NCBI RefSeq assembly: GCF_000181795.1
Contig: NW_003526943.1
Coordinates: 8,473,472 to 8,537,471, forward strand
From: Trichinella spiralis
Taxonomy: Eukaryota
Direction: 5' to 3'
DNA length: 64,000 bases
Shown: positions 1-14,553 of the stretch, piece by piece
How the letters are laid out: every line of letters starts with the position of its first letter
How positions within the stretch are numbered: the first letter of the stretch is position 1
Made by a program: the position numbers and the translations under genes
Notes under the pieces: model-generated
Databases searched by the model: none
Seen by the model: the letters and a program-made list of their open reading frames with translations, nothing else
Told to the model about the DNA's origin: nothing

Positions 1-15
1 ATATAAAATATACAA

Positions 16-871
16 TCATCTTGGAAGTATGTGAGTCAGTGACGGTTCTAAACAATGCTTGACCGCATGAAGCTAAAAAATAAAAACTCTTAATAAGCAA
101 TATGTGAATTCATAAATTTAAATTACTTTGCTTCTCAACATGCCAATTTCAACCGTATTATTGGCCACCATACACAATAACAGCGTGGCAACTTTACAAA
201 TAGCTATTCTTCCTTCCTGAATCATTCAGAAATAAATTTTAAAAAATTCAATTGTAAACATACCGATCCTTCAAGAAAAAACCATTTCAATTTATCATCA
301 CGAAATGTTTCTTGACCACTTTTCTCATAAGAGCACCAAATGTTAGAAGCAATTGCAGCTATAGCTTCTGCTCGGCTTTCATCACAACCAGCGTGACAAA
401 GTACCATTCCTTCACGATTCATCAAGCTAAAAATTCATTTAAAAATCAAATCTAAATTTTAAATGCATATTAAAGTAAATAAACATGTGCAAAACAAAAT
501 TTTTTTTCGAAAATGTAAAACTTTTATACTCATTTTTGAATAAGCTGTCAGTCTTCAACAAATGTACCATATGCATTCACATCTCATTTCTGATAACTGT
601 CATGTTAAAAAACTTATAAAAAGCATTTATAAACTAAAAATACATTTGAAAATAATTAACATATATATACTCATTAAAACTTTCTCAAATTATACACTTA
701 TTATCGTCAAAAACGCCAGTGGTATAAGATTAAGCATAAACAGCATCCGCTAGCAGTTAAGAAAATTTACAATGTTGAAATTATTAAACATAAACCTTCT
801 TACAGCGTCCCTGTGAGTCCTTCTGCATTGGCTTGACAAAGGATACTGTTTAAAACAGTTGGTCTAATCAT
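16..871 (-). CDS. LAMTOR2: Ragulator complex subunit LAMTOR2 (p14, Roadblock fold), 4 coding exons: 871-804, 426-264, 216-127, 72-16
   Basis: Spliced translation MIRPTVLNSILCQANAEGLTGTLLMNREGMVLCHAGCDESRAEAIAAIASNIWCSYEKSGQETFRDDKLKWFFLEGSEGRIAICKVATLLLCMVANNTVEIGMLRSKLHAVKHCLEPSLTHILPR*. It matches the recalled LAMTOR2 pattern (MLRPKALTQVLSQAN...AAIASNIW...EGRVAITRVANLLLCMYA...GMLKAK). All introns are GT-AG and in frame. Confidence 0.93.
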
Positions 872-3800
872 TTTTTCAGTAAATAAATATGCAAGAAACA
901 GTATTACATAATGATTTTCAAGTATTATTAAATTACAAAAAAGCATACATTATTCATAGCAGTAATACAATATCACTATTTAATATTGAATATTTAAATA
1001 ATCATTAAATTGTTTTAATGTTCAAATGAATATAAGTTTTACAAAGAGATCAAATGCATCATTTTTCAAAAGTTAAAAACAATTTCAAGTATTTTAATTT
1101 TGATATAGTTAATTTTTTCAGCTCGATTATCATAAAATTAAAATATTGTCAACATATTTACTAAAAAACCAAAATTTTGTTTGTTATTCATTATTTAAAT
1201 TCATTCATGACTGTCATAAAACTGTAGCAATTTTGATATCACAAAATACAAATTTGTTTTAGTGTACTGTTTGTGGGTAATGTTTTCTACTGTTGTTTGT
1301 CGTTAATGAATCAAGAAATTTCTTACGCGTTGAAAGCATTTATTATAAATCAAATGCTTTAATTTAATCAGAATATTACAGCGCTCTGACAATTGCACAA
1401 TTTCTTTAGCAGCTATAATTCCTGTTTTGTAACTGCTATTGTCTACAGCTTATGTTGTACGAAAACTTTGTTCATTAGCTTAATGGTGGCTTTTCTGTTA
1501 AATGAGTTGCTCTATCGCTATCTAAATGGTTGTTAATGCGCAAGCTTACATGAAGCATGCAATTATCATCTGACAGCTGCTTTTACGCTGTTTAAACTGC
1601 TGGAATATCAGCGAACAGTAGGAATGCCATTGCCACGTGCATTTGTAACTTCTATCTATATCAGGTTATTAGCCTGATTTTGCGCAGAGTGGCTTGTGAA
1701 AGTGAAAGCAGCATCCTTGAACTCGTGTGTTTGAAACCAGCTCTGTAATTTTGAAACCAGAATGAGTGGCTTTAAAATCGCAACATATGGTTTTAGGTTG
1801 AAGAGCTGTTCTGCTCTACAGTGCATCTATACTACATTTATAATACAGTGCATCAAATGTATGATAAGTTACAAAATTTTTGTCATTTGTTGAGTAGCAT
1901 ACTAGCAGTAGTAGCTTACAGTGCAGCAACTTATGAACTTTGCATAATTTTTAAAACTACACGTGTGCTTGTTTAAAAGTTACACAGCAATGTCAGACAG
2001 TTAATAATTAAAGGTAAACTTAAAAGTAAAAAATGTTCAGAGCATTCAGATATTACAGTCAGATGCTTAAAAATGTGACAAATTAGGATCGTCATGAAGT
2101 AATTTAATATTCTCAGATTGGATAATGACAAGAAAGAATTAGTATTTCACAATTTTTTGCATAAGCTTGCGCACTTCTCTGATTTTCCACGGTGTTTTTC
2201 AACATTTGCACATGCGTCCTCCTCGTCATATTTTTTTGCCTGCTTTTTTAGTCATCTTCTGAATTCTGGCAAGAGTTTGCAGATTGCCTTGGCAATCAGC
2301 ACTGTCCTCTACATGTTGAATTGCCTTATATAGGCTATGCTTGCTTTGCAACCGTAATTGTGCAACAGAAAATGTTACATTTAATGCAATTCTTTTAATA
2401 TTAATGCATACTTTAATGCAATAATTTAGATTTTTCGATAATGCTGATTCATTCGTATTTTCAAAAATTTTAGATTTTGATAAAGAAGCCTATGCTTTGT
2501 CGATTTGTACAAATTATCCATCTCAAATAATGGCCGAAAGAAGTATATGAAAAAGTATTTGGTGAGAGTAACATTTTTTACTATAACTGTTGCAGGTTAT
2601 AAATAGGTACTTATCTATTGAATTTTCAAATAAATTATTCAAGCATAAAATAGTAATGTTAGTAGTTTGTATAATTTAAGCGTATACAATCTGAGGCAAA
2701 GCATAATCACTCAAAAAGGTTTCAAAAAACTGATCTCTGTTTGTTGCGAAATATTTGTATGTGTTCGCGATGTTATATTCCTGTGAACTTTGCATATTTA
2801 TGTATCAGTGAGTTTGTGAATTATCACGGTCGTGTAATTTTCTAAGAAATGCCCATGTTTATTTAAAATGTTGCTAACCGACATGGTTGCTTCAGAGACG
2901 GTTGTCAATCAAAAATGAATAACTTTATCAAGTTTCAGTACGGCTATTTTTCAAAAGTAAAACTGGAAAGCGAAATTGAATAGCGTGCATTATCAAAGTA
3001 AAGCTGTCTTATATTTTTGTTTCATTTGTTATTTTGCACTTGTTAAATTTTATAAATACTAGACGATATGAATTGAATATGCATTTTGAGTAACTGAATT
3101 TTTGTTTATTAAAGTAGAAATTGTATTATGTTAATTTTTATGTTTTAAAGATTTTTTATGGCTATGATAATAAAATGAATAAGCATAAACAGAAATTAAT
3201 TTTTCCACATTTTTACATTTATAAAAGAATATAGAATACTGCTTATGAACGACAGCAAATAATAAGTTTTGCGTATTTTGTTTGTTGTTATTTTTGATGT
3301 ATTTCTATGTATGTGATCTATTTGTACTACTCGCTTCAACTATAATATTTTTATATTAATTTTTGTATTAAAAACAGCTGTTAATAAAAGTAAATTAAAT
3401 GAAATTCTTTGTGTTAATAAAAGGAAAGGTGAAATCATGCTTTTTCATGTTCATTCTTGTATTTCAGTGTTTAAAAATCAATTTATCCAGTCCATCAGAC
3501 AATGAAACACTCAAAGGGCATTAATTTTTTTCATTTTACGCACTAAGTGGCGCTAGTAGTCAATGACAGAATAATGTGTCCCGTTAAGAGAACATTCACC
3601 AGAAAATTGTTATTCAACTAGCAAATCATATAATTCTTTGAATTAACCAATCAGAGTGATCACACAAAGTCCAATTGACAAAAATGCATATACAAAGCCG
3701 GCTGTGCTTATTTTTCGTGCTCTGAACATTTTTAAATTAAACAGTAAACCATGCATGAAATTTGTTTAGCCGTATTTCAAAATTGAATTAAAAAATTGGA

Positions 3801-6800
3801 TTGAAATTACATTAAAAAGAACGTGTATATTATTTATCTACTGTACGTGAACTACATTTTTCAATGCTACTTTTTTATTTTTTTTCCTGCTCAGATATTT
3901 GAGTTTTATGAATGATTTTATATTATGTATTTAAAAAAATGAATTACAAAATGTTAATTTAGTTTCTTAGTTACTTGAGAAATGCAATGGATTCCCTACG
4001 TGTCACTATTGTTGAAATTGGCCCTTACATTTTTCCTCTTTGTTTGACATTTACAAGCTTATACCAGGTTGAAATGCTCTTTTGTATACTTTATATATAA
4101 TGTGCTTTGATTTAATAAGAATATGACTTTTAGCTTTCAACTGGCGTTTGGTGGGTGTGGTCGGTAATGCCAGCAGAGTAATTACAGGTGTTTCTTACTT
4201 TAACAAAATTTTTTCTTTTTAGATTTTTACAATTTCCGCTTGCATACAAGCATTGATTACTTGTTTCCAACCGAAACTTGTCGGTTAGTGATTGATAATA
4301 TTTTGTTTTTTAATTCACTTATATTATTTATGACTTCAGGTCATTATCTGTTTCGCCTTCTCAATTCTTTTACACTGCTTGCTGGTTTTTTTTGGCTTCT
4401 ATTTGTTGTTTGGTCTACTTATGAACTTTGCCTTTATACAAACGGAATTTTGCCCCAGTCTGCTTTAATCAAGTAGGAAATTTTAAATTGCTTTCCTTCA
4501 AGCTAACTATTAAATTTCAGTGAAAGCTCTATACTGGCTGTTATTGTTATTTGGTGTAGTTTACTACGCATATCGGCAAAAGATCGGTATTGGAAACTTT
4601 TTTCTTAAAACTTTTATCAGAAAAAAAATTATTTTTCTCGTCTTCATAAACAGTTTCCTTTTACTAATTGCTTGTACATTTGATATTTGCAACTTTTAAT
4701 GCAAGAAAAATAATGATAAATAACAAGCAGTAGGCAAAATTTGATAAGCAGTCTGTAGCAACTTTGTCTGACGATAATGAAACACATCTGGACAGTTTCA
4801 TTTGCAAGGTTATTGATACCAAGGTAACCATGAGTTTTATTTTTATTTTAAGAAGTCGTTTACGGCAGCTAATTCGCAAATTCTTACGAGTGACTATTGC
4901 TATCACCTGTGGCTTTGTCTTGCTGTGGGCTGGCTTCTGTAAAACAACATACAGTTTTCCCATGCCTTATCACTCTACATTTCAAACGGTTGAATCTGAC
5001 TTTTAGAAGGATGCATTATAACTAGCTGTGATAAAAGCGGAAACGCTGTTTGATTAATTAAATACTGCGTGAAGTTTGTTTTGCCGTCGACAAATTACAC
5101 TGTGATTTGGCATATGTGACTGTGAATGAATGAATGTTGGTTTGTTGAAATAAGCATTCGCTTTCAAAATGAAAAATTGAATTGACACTGCTTTTTGTTT
5201 TAATAAATAATTGTCTGTATTGAAAAATCATATACACCATGCAAGCAGATTATTTTTACACAATGAAATTTTTAGTTGATAAGTGTTATTACTTAAAATT
5301 TATAAAGCATCTTTTCTAGTGTTTAGTGAAACATCATAACAATAAACAAATGAAGAAGCAGTTTCCTATTAACGCAAATATGCATTAGAAAATCCTTCAA
5401 ATTATTATATTTACAAGCAATCTGTTGTCATTGTAAAAATCACAATCATTTTTTGTTCTGAAAAAATACATTCATGTTCATCGTCATGAGTTATTTTATC
5501 AAGTTGTACTATTTTGTTTCTAAACAAATTAATTTCTTGCACTAAAAATCAAGATTTACTAAACTTATATTAAGAAAAAGCATCATGCTTCATTACAGCT
5601 AATATGGAAATGATAAATTATTTAAAGAACGAATAACAAAAAGTATCACATGTCAAAAGTATTTGCTCATTATTATTTATACATTAGCTTAGTAAACATT
5701 ATTTATTCATTCACTTGTGGGAAAGAAATGATCATTTTACATTATTGACAAAAATCGTTTGTCTAAACCTAATTAAAGTGTTCATGCTTTCCAATGATAT
5801 AAAAGTGGCACATTGTTTTCAGAAAACATACTAAAAATATTCTTTAACCCACCCTTTAGCCAGAAGCTATTAAATTCATCGATAATTATTCAGATGCTAA
5901 CAGGTTGATTGAAATCACTTTTGACTGCTTTGTCAGTCAATAAAGCAAGACAATTTATCATTCAATGTCCCCCTGAAAACTTTACGATTATTTATTTAGC
6001 TGTCTGTTTTTTTTATTTTATCTTAATCACAATGTTAAATTTTCATTTTGATTTCCCGTTTATTTTGCAAACATGGAACATGTTTTAATTTCAATTTCTA
6101 TAAAATCTGTGAATAAAATTATAATAAGATTAATTATGAAACATTAGTATTAAAATGTGAAGTAAATTTTAATTTCACCTCAACTCAGCAGCTATTCATA
6201 ATGTTATAATTATTTAGCTGAGAGTCTCGACATCATAAAATTAAGATTAGTACGCAATGATTTGACGACTCATGCAATTGCATGTAATTCCATGTAGTAA
6301 GTGGACTGTAATTTGATTCTTAAGGACTCAGTTCAACCCTCAGTAAAAATGGCACATCTCACTGATCTATCCCTTTCTACTGTAGGCAGACTATCGCCAA
6401 AATCAGCCATATGCAAAAATACTTACGGTCATCGAGTAAACAAAAACAGAGAGGTACATTTTATTTTCAACCACACAGCAAACCACAAAAGGAATTTTCT
6501 TAAGACAGAAGCACCTGAACTACTACTGCTTTTCAATACAATTCATGCATTTGTTTTATTTTCTCCTTTTTCTTCTCAGATATTAGTGCGCAGTCTTAGC
6601 ATTAGCACTGTGTCAAAACAATTCAAGTAATAATAATTTGCATCACTGAAAGTTCAATTGTACCTTTGTTTATTAATGTTAGGATCCTCTCAGAGCAAAC
6701 AATCGCTGTTTGTGTGTAATTTGATGTTCAATCAATTCCATGTAGAAGGTGTACTGCGGCTGAACTTTAGACCTTAACTGAGAACTACAAAGCTGAACAA

Positions 6801-9800
6801 ACATTCGTATCACCTGAGAAAAGTGTACTCCATAAGTAAAATATTGGTGAAGTTTTCATGCAGTGTCCTGGCAGTTTGTAGAAATATGCTTAATATTTAC
6901 TTTGTAGAAGTTTCATATGGCTTCTTTACAACAAAATGGAAAAAATTACTAGGGAACAGTAATACAACTTTCACTGTAAACCATAAGCTGTTTCTTATTT
7001 TCTAGAAAATTTAAAACTGTTTTTAACAATGATTACTAAATTCTGTACACAGTATTTTTGATGAGACTTTTATTTTATTATATAAATTATTCACAGATAG
7101 CCCAAAATACATTAATTTTTTTAGCATATGAGTATTCCACACAACATATGTCATTATTATAGATAGTCATTAATGTTAGTATGGCGTATATGCAGTGTAA
7201 GATATTCAGTCACGTATAAGATTTTGAAGTAATAGTTAATGAATGCATTTCATAAATATAGTGAGGACTCCATTTTTTGCATTTTGGTCATATGCAGTTT
7301 ATTTTTTACATTTTGCAGTTTTTTGTTTATTAACTTATAAATTCTTTGGTCATTCAGAACTAAAATTGCATGCTTCTAAAGAGAATTGATACAATCTATC
7401 AGTTTTTGCCACTGTGTAAAAAAACATGAGTACTATTAAAATCATTTGAACTTACCGCTAAAATATCATAATGTGATTTGAAAAGAATAACGATGACTAA
7501 ACCAAATCAAAAAAACCTCGCCTGAGTTTTCATCACACAACAATAACCGTAACTACGTAAATAGACGCTGTTCTGTGTGAAGTAGCAAACAAAACAAAAC
7601 ACAGGTAAATACCATTTCCACATACATTATAATATTAAAATCATTCTCAGTTCCATAAACTTATAAATTCATTCTTACCAATAGATGTGTGCTATTAGTT
7701 AGCTTTTTAGATGAAAAATTGGAAGCGGCTTAACTTTTAGTTCTCGATAATGTGAGCACCAAGTACTGCTTTTCTTTGTACTAATACATAAGTGTTTATT
7801 ACTGCTACCTCCTCATTGTTTACGTTAGTCTTGTTAGACTTAGCTTTCTAATTCAATTTTTCGTCTTATATAGATGATTATATTCATTATATCAGTAGAC
7901 TTATAATTCATAATTCTGATAGCATTTATTATGCAAACCACTGATGTTCAAGAAAGTTAAAGCTTTATTTTTTTTATAAAGCACACTCTACACATGTGAA
8001 TATGCATTGTTGTGACAAAAAATATAAAAAGTGACAAGCTCCTTCTTACTTAATTTGTGTTTCTGATATACATTTCATTTTTAAGCTGTTTAAAAACTAG
8101 AATTATTATTAATTTCACCTAAAGTATTTTATTGACATGCAGGTTTATTAACCATTCTTTCCTTCTTTTTGAACTATAAATGAATTTATAATATATTTTA
8201 CTAAAATTACTAAAGTTTTGATGCATTAAATTTATTAGAACAGTTGCCGATGAGTAACTGAAATGCCATATTATTCAGTTGTCTATCTTGTTTCGTGACA
8301 TTACAGTTTCTTTGGAAAGTTAGCTTGTGCTTTAAAGTGCTCACAGTAGAAGTTAGGGATTATTTAAAATGCCTGTCGAAGAATAAAATTATTGGAAAAA
8401 TGTGCTTTCATGGCATTTTTAAACTGATTTTGCATTTAAATTTGTTAAATTTTTCAAAGAAATGTTTCTGCATTATTTCTAATATTCTCAGATATTCATA
8501 AATGGGTCATACTTTTTTAAGAAAAAAGCATTACACATCAACATTCTTTAAGAATAAGAAATATTTTACATGTAAAAATTTAAATATTTTGTTAAATATG
8601 TTCCATATTTTTGTATTATACTTGTTCTGTAGTTTAGTATATAGAGTTGTGGTTTATGCATAACTCTGTATGTATTTACCAGTTTCTATTTCTGTTCAGA
8701 TTGTGAAATAGTAGTTAGTTTATTTGATAATTTAATCAGTTAAAAGTTTGTTTCCAGCACCTGCCACTTTAAAAATAACTATGTACCCAATGTTAAGATT
8801 AAGTGAAAACTACACATATGTAAACTTCTGCGCTAATATAACGTTGGAAATATTCAGCAGCGAAATACTAAGTCAAATAATGCAGGCAAGCGCATGAGTG
8901 AATATTCAATTCAATCAGTGAATTCAGTAAAGTCATCACTTTTCTCTGTAAAACTGGCTTTCATCTATATATTATTAACTAGCAAAATTCTCTTCATCAG
9001 TAATTTTATGCCATAAGTCAGCAAAATGAGCCAGCAAATTTTCCAAACATTGTGTACTCATCATATTGTGGTGATAAAGAATACTCTTGAAGAAATTTTT
9101 TGTCAGTTGAATATTTTAAGCAAATTTAAATTTAATCCTAAAATGCCTGCTTATTTAGTTTTAAGTGTGAAATTGTTTGTAGAAAAAATAATTTTGATCT
9201 TGGAAATTGCTAAATAAAATGTGCAGTAAGTAGCATATTTGAGAGAGGAAAAAACCTCAAAACGTTGAAGAAGCAGTTAATAGCAGCATTTGTGCAAAAA
9301 TTAAATTAAACATTAAACCTCGACAATTGGTCTAAAAAAAGAGTAAAATTATTTTGACATAAAAATTCCGTCATTTTAGTGAAATTTTTCAGAGCTACAA
9401 AAAAAAGCATAGATTTATTGCTATTCAATAAATATCCAACGTTTATAATCAGAAAAAGTGACAAGCTCATTCTTACGAGTTCAGATTTTCTAGCAAGCGG
9501 CTACAAGAATTTTTTCAGACAGTGAAAAACAACTGAGAAAAAGAACTTTACATTTGGTACTTGAATTGAACGACCGGGCGGCGTCGGTTGGTCTGCTTCA
9601 GAAAATATCCAACTTGCAGAAGACGTTGTTCCAAACGTTGACAGCTCATCAATCCTCCAGAAGCTAGAGCAGAATAATTTAAAATAATTCTAGCATTTTT
9701 TTAAAATTTTTTATTTACAGCTTTTTATTTTACGCATCAACATCTGGGCGGTTCTTCTTTTCCCTGAACTTTAGAGTTTGCCGGTGTTAAGTGGCAAGTG

Positions 9801-12011
9801 ACGTGCAGACAAACTGGCACCGACGAGATGCTCAACAATAATTCCTTCAAAAAGATGCCACTTTTCTGAACTACTTAATACAATGGTTGAATTCTGCTTT
9901 TGTTTTATTCATTTTAAATGCTTAACTTTGTATGTTTTCTTGGTGAAGTGTTTGGAATACTTGCAATACGGAAATATATTAAAATTTGCTTATGAAGACA
10001 ACTCTTGAAATATCCAATTCAGAGGTTCTAATTGTCCTTTTTCTTTATCTCCTAATCAATGAAAACTATCATTTTCAACTAGTAAACGAGAGTTATATCT
10101 TTTTCATTTTGCTTTTTTCTCAAATTTTAATGTTACTGAATGACAAAACAAAATACTTTTAAAAATATAGTAGTTTATTTAAACTTTGAATACTTGATCT
10201 GATTTTCAGATCATTTTGAAGGGGAAAAAATTTAACTTTTAATCAAAACTGAAATAATTTCAATAGTTTTGCAAAGTGCAAAATTGTCTGTAATTTTCAA
10301 CATTCAAACAGCATTTGTCTTATATACTGTAAACAACAAACGGTAGTATTTTATATTTTCAGTATCTTGAAAATTTATGAAAACACTGAACAAAAATAGA
10401 ATAAGAATAAATAAGTTTCCATTAAGCAAATACTTATTCTCCTTCTTATTCAATTATTGATCTTACTGTGTAAAATTTTATTTACAATTATTCTCTTCAA
10501 TTACGATCTGAAAAAACAAACTCAAATTCTACTATCTTCTTGTAAAATTTCATTGTTAAAACTAAACTTGCAAAATATATTTCAAAAGCATCTGCATTTT
10601 TGTACACGTATCTGAAAGTTTTATATATTCAAATTTAAATATAAAAAATTTCTTCAACAATTGTCGTGCATTTACTTATATATATACATTTATTAAATTC
10701 TAGTCGAATACTTGCTGTTTTGAGGGAAAAACTGAGAGGAAAAGTATTTTTTAAAGAAATCCAGTCTTCAACCTATTTCAAAAACAAAACAGATAAATGA
10801 AAAATGTTTGAAGTAGAAATATCCATAGCTGTTTTGCATGCTATGATACATTTGAATCGTCTAATTGCTATCATTTTCAATGTTTCATATTGCATACAGC
10901 AGTAGTGTACTGCATTAATGCATTGATCAGATTAATCATGAACATTTTACCATTATTATGCACAGTTTTGCATGTGATTTTCATATGTAAATTAAAAAAT
11001 CAATTTTATAATAAGAATTCATAGTAAAAAAATGATTTTAAAATAACTCAAATGATAAGTTATGAATGCAAGTGAACTGTCTTTGTATTTTATACTGGCA
11101 TGATGGCATTTTATCTGTAGCATATCAGTATTATCCGGCATAAATTGCTATACTTTATTATAAATACGATTTTCCAATACTTTATCAAATTTATAAGAAA
11201 AGATGCATTGGATTTATATATTTTGAAAAATATTCAACTAAATGTAATTGTGCAGCATGCATTATGCATCTTGCTTTCAGCTAAAATTTAAGATGCCATT
11301 TTTTTAAATTAAATTAATATAACAATAAATATTGAAAACGGATGAACAGAATTTTGCATGGGATGCAACTGTGGGGTATACAGTTTTGCTGCAGTTGAGT
11401 GGAATTGAATTGAATCAACATTTACGTAAGTGGAAGTGTTTAACAAATAATTGATAAATTTTTGCTTTCTTTTATGAAGCGAAAACAATACCCCTAGTAG
11501 GTCAGTTAGATTTCCAATGCACAGCAATTATGCTATTCATAGCAAAGGAGGAGTACAATAGCGAGTCATTATAGATTTGTTAACGGACGTTGTTCAAGTA
11601 GACAAAATTGTTTTAATTCAACAACATTAGCAAAATCTGAATCGTCAATAATAGCAACACCGGACGTGTAACGTGAAGCTAATTCTCACGGAATGGATGA
11701 AGAAAATAGCGGCACACGTTTCTGCTTGCAATCTAGCAACATTGCTGTTATTATGCTATTGCACCGGAGCAGCAAATAAAAGCTGCCGCAAATATTACGA
11801 AACATATGTGAAATTTGGCGTTTCTGACCTCTCTGATTGCCGCATTCAGTTTTTCTATTGGCTGTTCAACTCCAATAAACATGCTAACGGAAAACTGAAA
11901 CATAGAGATTTTGACACCTGAAATGTTCAAAGCAAATAGAGCTGTTTCTGACTTTCTGGACGCCTTCATAATTATTCTGTCATGATTAATACAACCGTCG
12001 GCTTGCATCAA

Positions 12012-14553
12012 ATGGAAGAAGTGCCGAAGAAGAGTTTCATGATTCGTTCATTGATAGAATTAGATAATGAAGAAGGAGGAAAAGGTACACTTTTATAATT
12101 GAATGCTTTTTTCTTAATAAAAATTTTTATAAATTATTGTTTTTAAGCACCTGTGAAGACTCTGCATTCTTCTTTAAAAAATGTACAGTTAAATCTGGAA
12201 ATGCATGATCTCTGGATTCAGTTTAGTCAACTTGGAACGGAGATGATCGTTACAAAATCCGGAAGGTATGATTAACGTAAAATTTTCATTCAACAAATAC
12301 ACATTACTAAAAATATGAATATTTAAATTTATAAAGTGTATTATATCTTCATAGTCTTTTACTAATATGAAAGGTATACATTGGTATCCAACATTAATAC
12401 GAACAACAATACAAACATCTGATGATGACCAGATGCCTAAAAATTAATATATTATCATTTATATTAATGAAAAGAAGATAAAATTTGCATTTTATACATC
12501 CCGAATGATTTAGGTTTCATAAAAAAAATTTATGCTAAAAACTATAAGTTTGAAATGCTATTTTAAAAATATTACATGTTATATTTTTGTATTTGTACAA
12601 AGCGAGACATTTGTAAATGTAGCAGCAGAAACGAACAATCCAAATCAAATATTTAAAAATTTTGTTTAATTTTCTATTAATATTGTAATAGTAAATTTTA
12701 CATTTGAATTGAATTTTAAAGTCATAGTAAACAGTAATCATAACAAATTACAGTAATGTTTGGCGTATGGAAAAATGTTCAGAACATATATGGGCATTAT
12801 TTATTTCAAAAGATTATTATTATTAGGTGTAAAACATTTTATTTTTTTATGTTTTTATCTTTAGGGTTTCTTAAGATACACACGTAACAATTTATCAGTG
12901 AGTTTCTTCAAGTAGCATTTTATACTTTTAAAAACTACAAATTTAAGGCCCATTTACAAAATGCCAGCTGAAGTAATTTTTAAAACTTGTAGTTCATAAA
13001 ATTTTCTTCTTTCAGAAGAATGTTTCCAACCCTTCAAATTTCAATAACAGGAATGGACCCGAAAAGGTTGTACAATGTAATGGTGGACTTTGTACCATTG
13101 GAGAGAAAACGATATCGTTATTCATATCATCGATCAAGTTGGATTGTGGCAGGTCCTAGTGATCCAGAGTTGCCACCTCGTGTTCACTTTCATCCAGATT
13201 CTCCAGCGTTGGGCAGTCACTGGATGCGTCAAGTGGTCAATTTTGACAAGCTAAAAATCACAAACAACCAAATGGATCCAAACGGATATGTACATATGAA
13301 ATTATTATTTTATTTTATTTTATGATATAAAGTTTTAAATATTCGTTGAAAAGTATGCTAACTATGTGGTATGCATTTGAGTTTATTTGTTAAATGGCCA
13401 TTTCTTAAAGATGTGAGTGTTATTTTTATTGCATAATGATGTTGAATCTCTTCACTTCCTCTTAGCAAGAATTCTCGCATCTGGATATCTTGCAGTTAAA
13501 TTATTGCAAAATTGTTTTAAATAAGGAATGAAATTGATTCCAGATGCTTAAATATTAAGCAATTTCTTTGAAAAACACGATAATGTACTATCTTGAGCTT
13601 CAAATGAAATTATCTTGATTACAAGCAACATCACACTAATTATATGTATGCTTTTTCTCAATTTTTTCTTCATACAATTTACACATGATAAATTAATAGG
13701 TTCAATGACGAAGTATTGGTAACTGTTCCATTTTCAGATTGTATTAAATTCAATGCATCAATATCAGCCTAGAATTCATGTCAGTATGATGAATAAGTGC
13801 TCTTTTGAAGATGAAGCATATGAAACAATGAAGACGTTCATATTTCCAGAGACAGTGTTCATGGCCGTTACTGCTTATCAAAATCAACGGGCAAGTTGAT
13901 CATATACTTTTTAAATGTGTGAAATTTCATGAAATTCATATTTAGCTTAAACAAATGAGCAGGCATTGCTTTTGCACAATGTTTTTATTAAAAATGAAAC
14001 AAATAATATATATATATATTCATCATAGGGTAGAAAGCAGAAATGAGGAAAGTTTAAATGATAAAATCTTTGCCATGATACTTTCATAAATTCCAAAATT
14101 AATAAAACTTCAAAACTGTGAAACATTTTCAGATTACGAATTTAAAAATTGCCAGCAATCCGTTTGCCAAAGGATTCCGAGATACCGACTGTGAGGACAA
14201 GTAAGTTGTATTTTTGAAATAAGCAGTATGTTAAGTTTGATTCAGCTTTTGGAGGGAATAAAAAGTGTCCATAATAATCAATTTCTATCATTTGAAGCCT
14301 TTGGAACCGATTTCCACAGATGTTACAATTACCTGAGAAGTCTGCACCGCTGACAACCTTGCCTACGGTATTTCCAACAATGCTGATGCAGTCACCATTT
14401 TTTGCCGCCTCATCATCAGTATTTTTGCACGCAAGTTGGCCGACCGGAATGTTACAAGAGGATCGTGATTTCTTCATTAGGTCCTTATTGAGTCAACGAC
14501 AATCTGCCGGCATCTTCCAAAACAACGCATTCCTAGGCACTAAGCCGCTTTAA
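12012..14553 (+). CDS. T-box transcription factor, Tbx1 subfamily (mls-1/org-1-like); exons 12012-12084, 12148-12265, 13016-13289, 13738-13890, 14133-14200, 14298-14553
   Basis: A complete T-box assembles across exons: [31 protein letters not shown]...[75 protein letters not shown]...[60 protein letters not shown] and [13 protein letters not shown] are Tbx1-like; subfamily call is from recall. Confidence 0.92.

Noticed and set aside
7790..7815. ACTGCTACCTC resembling a let-7 family sequence on the minus strand
   Set aside because: It reads GGAGGTAGCAGTAATAAAC, not TGAGGTAG, the 3' half does not match, and I saw no convincing hairpin.
562..11921. Short ORFs at 562, 2118, 4240, 4664, 4764, 5058, 6301, 6823, 8295, 9026, 11309 and 11673
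   Set aside because: They have F/L/I/K-rich composition expected from AT-rich non-coding DNA, many start at non-ATG codons, and they show no motifs or consistent splice structure.
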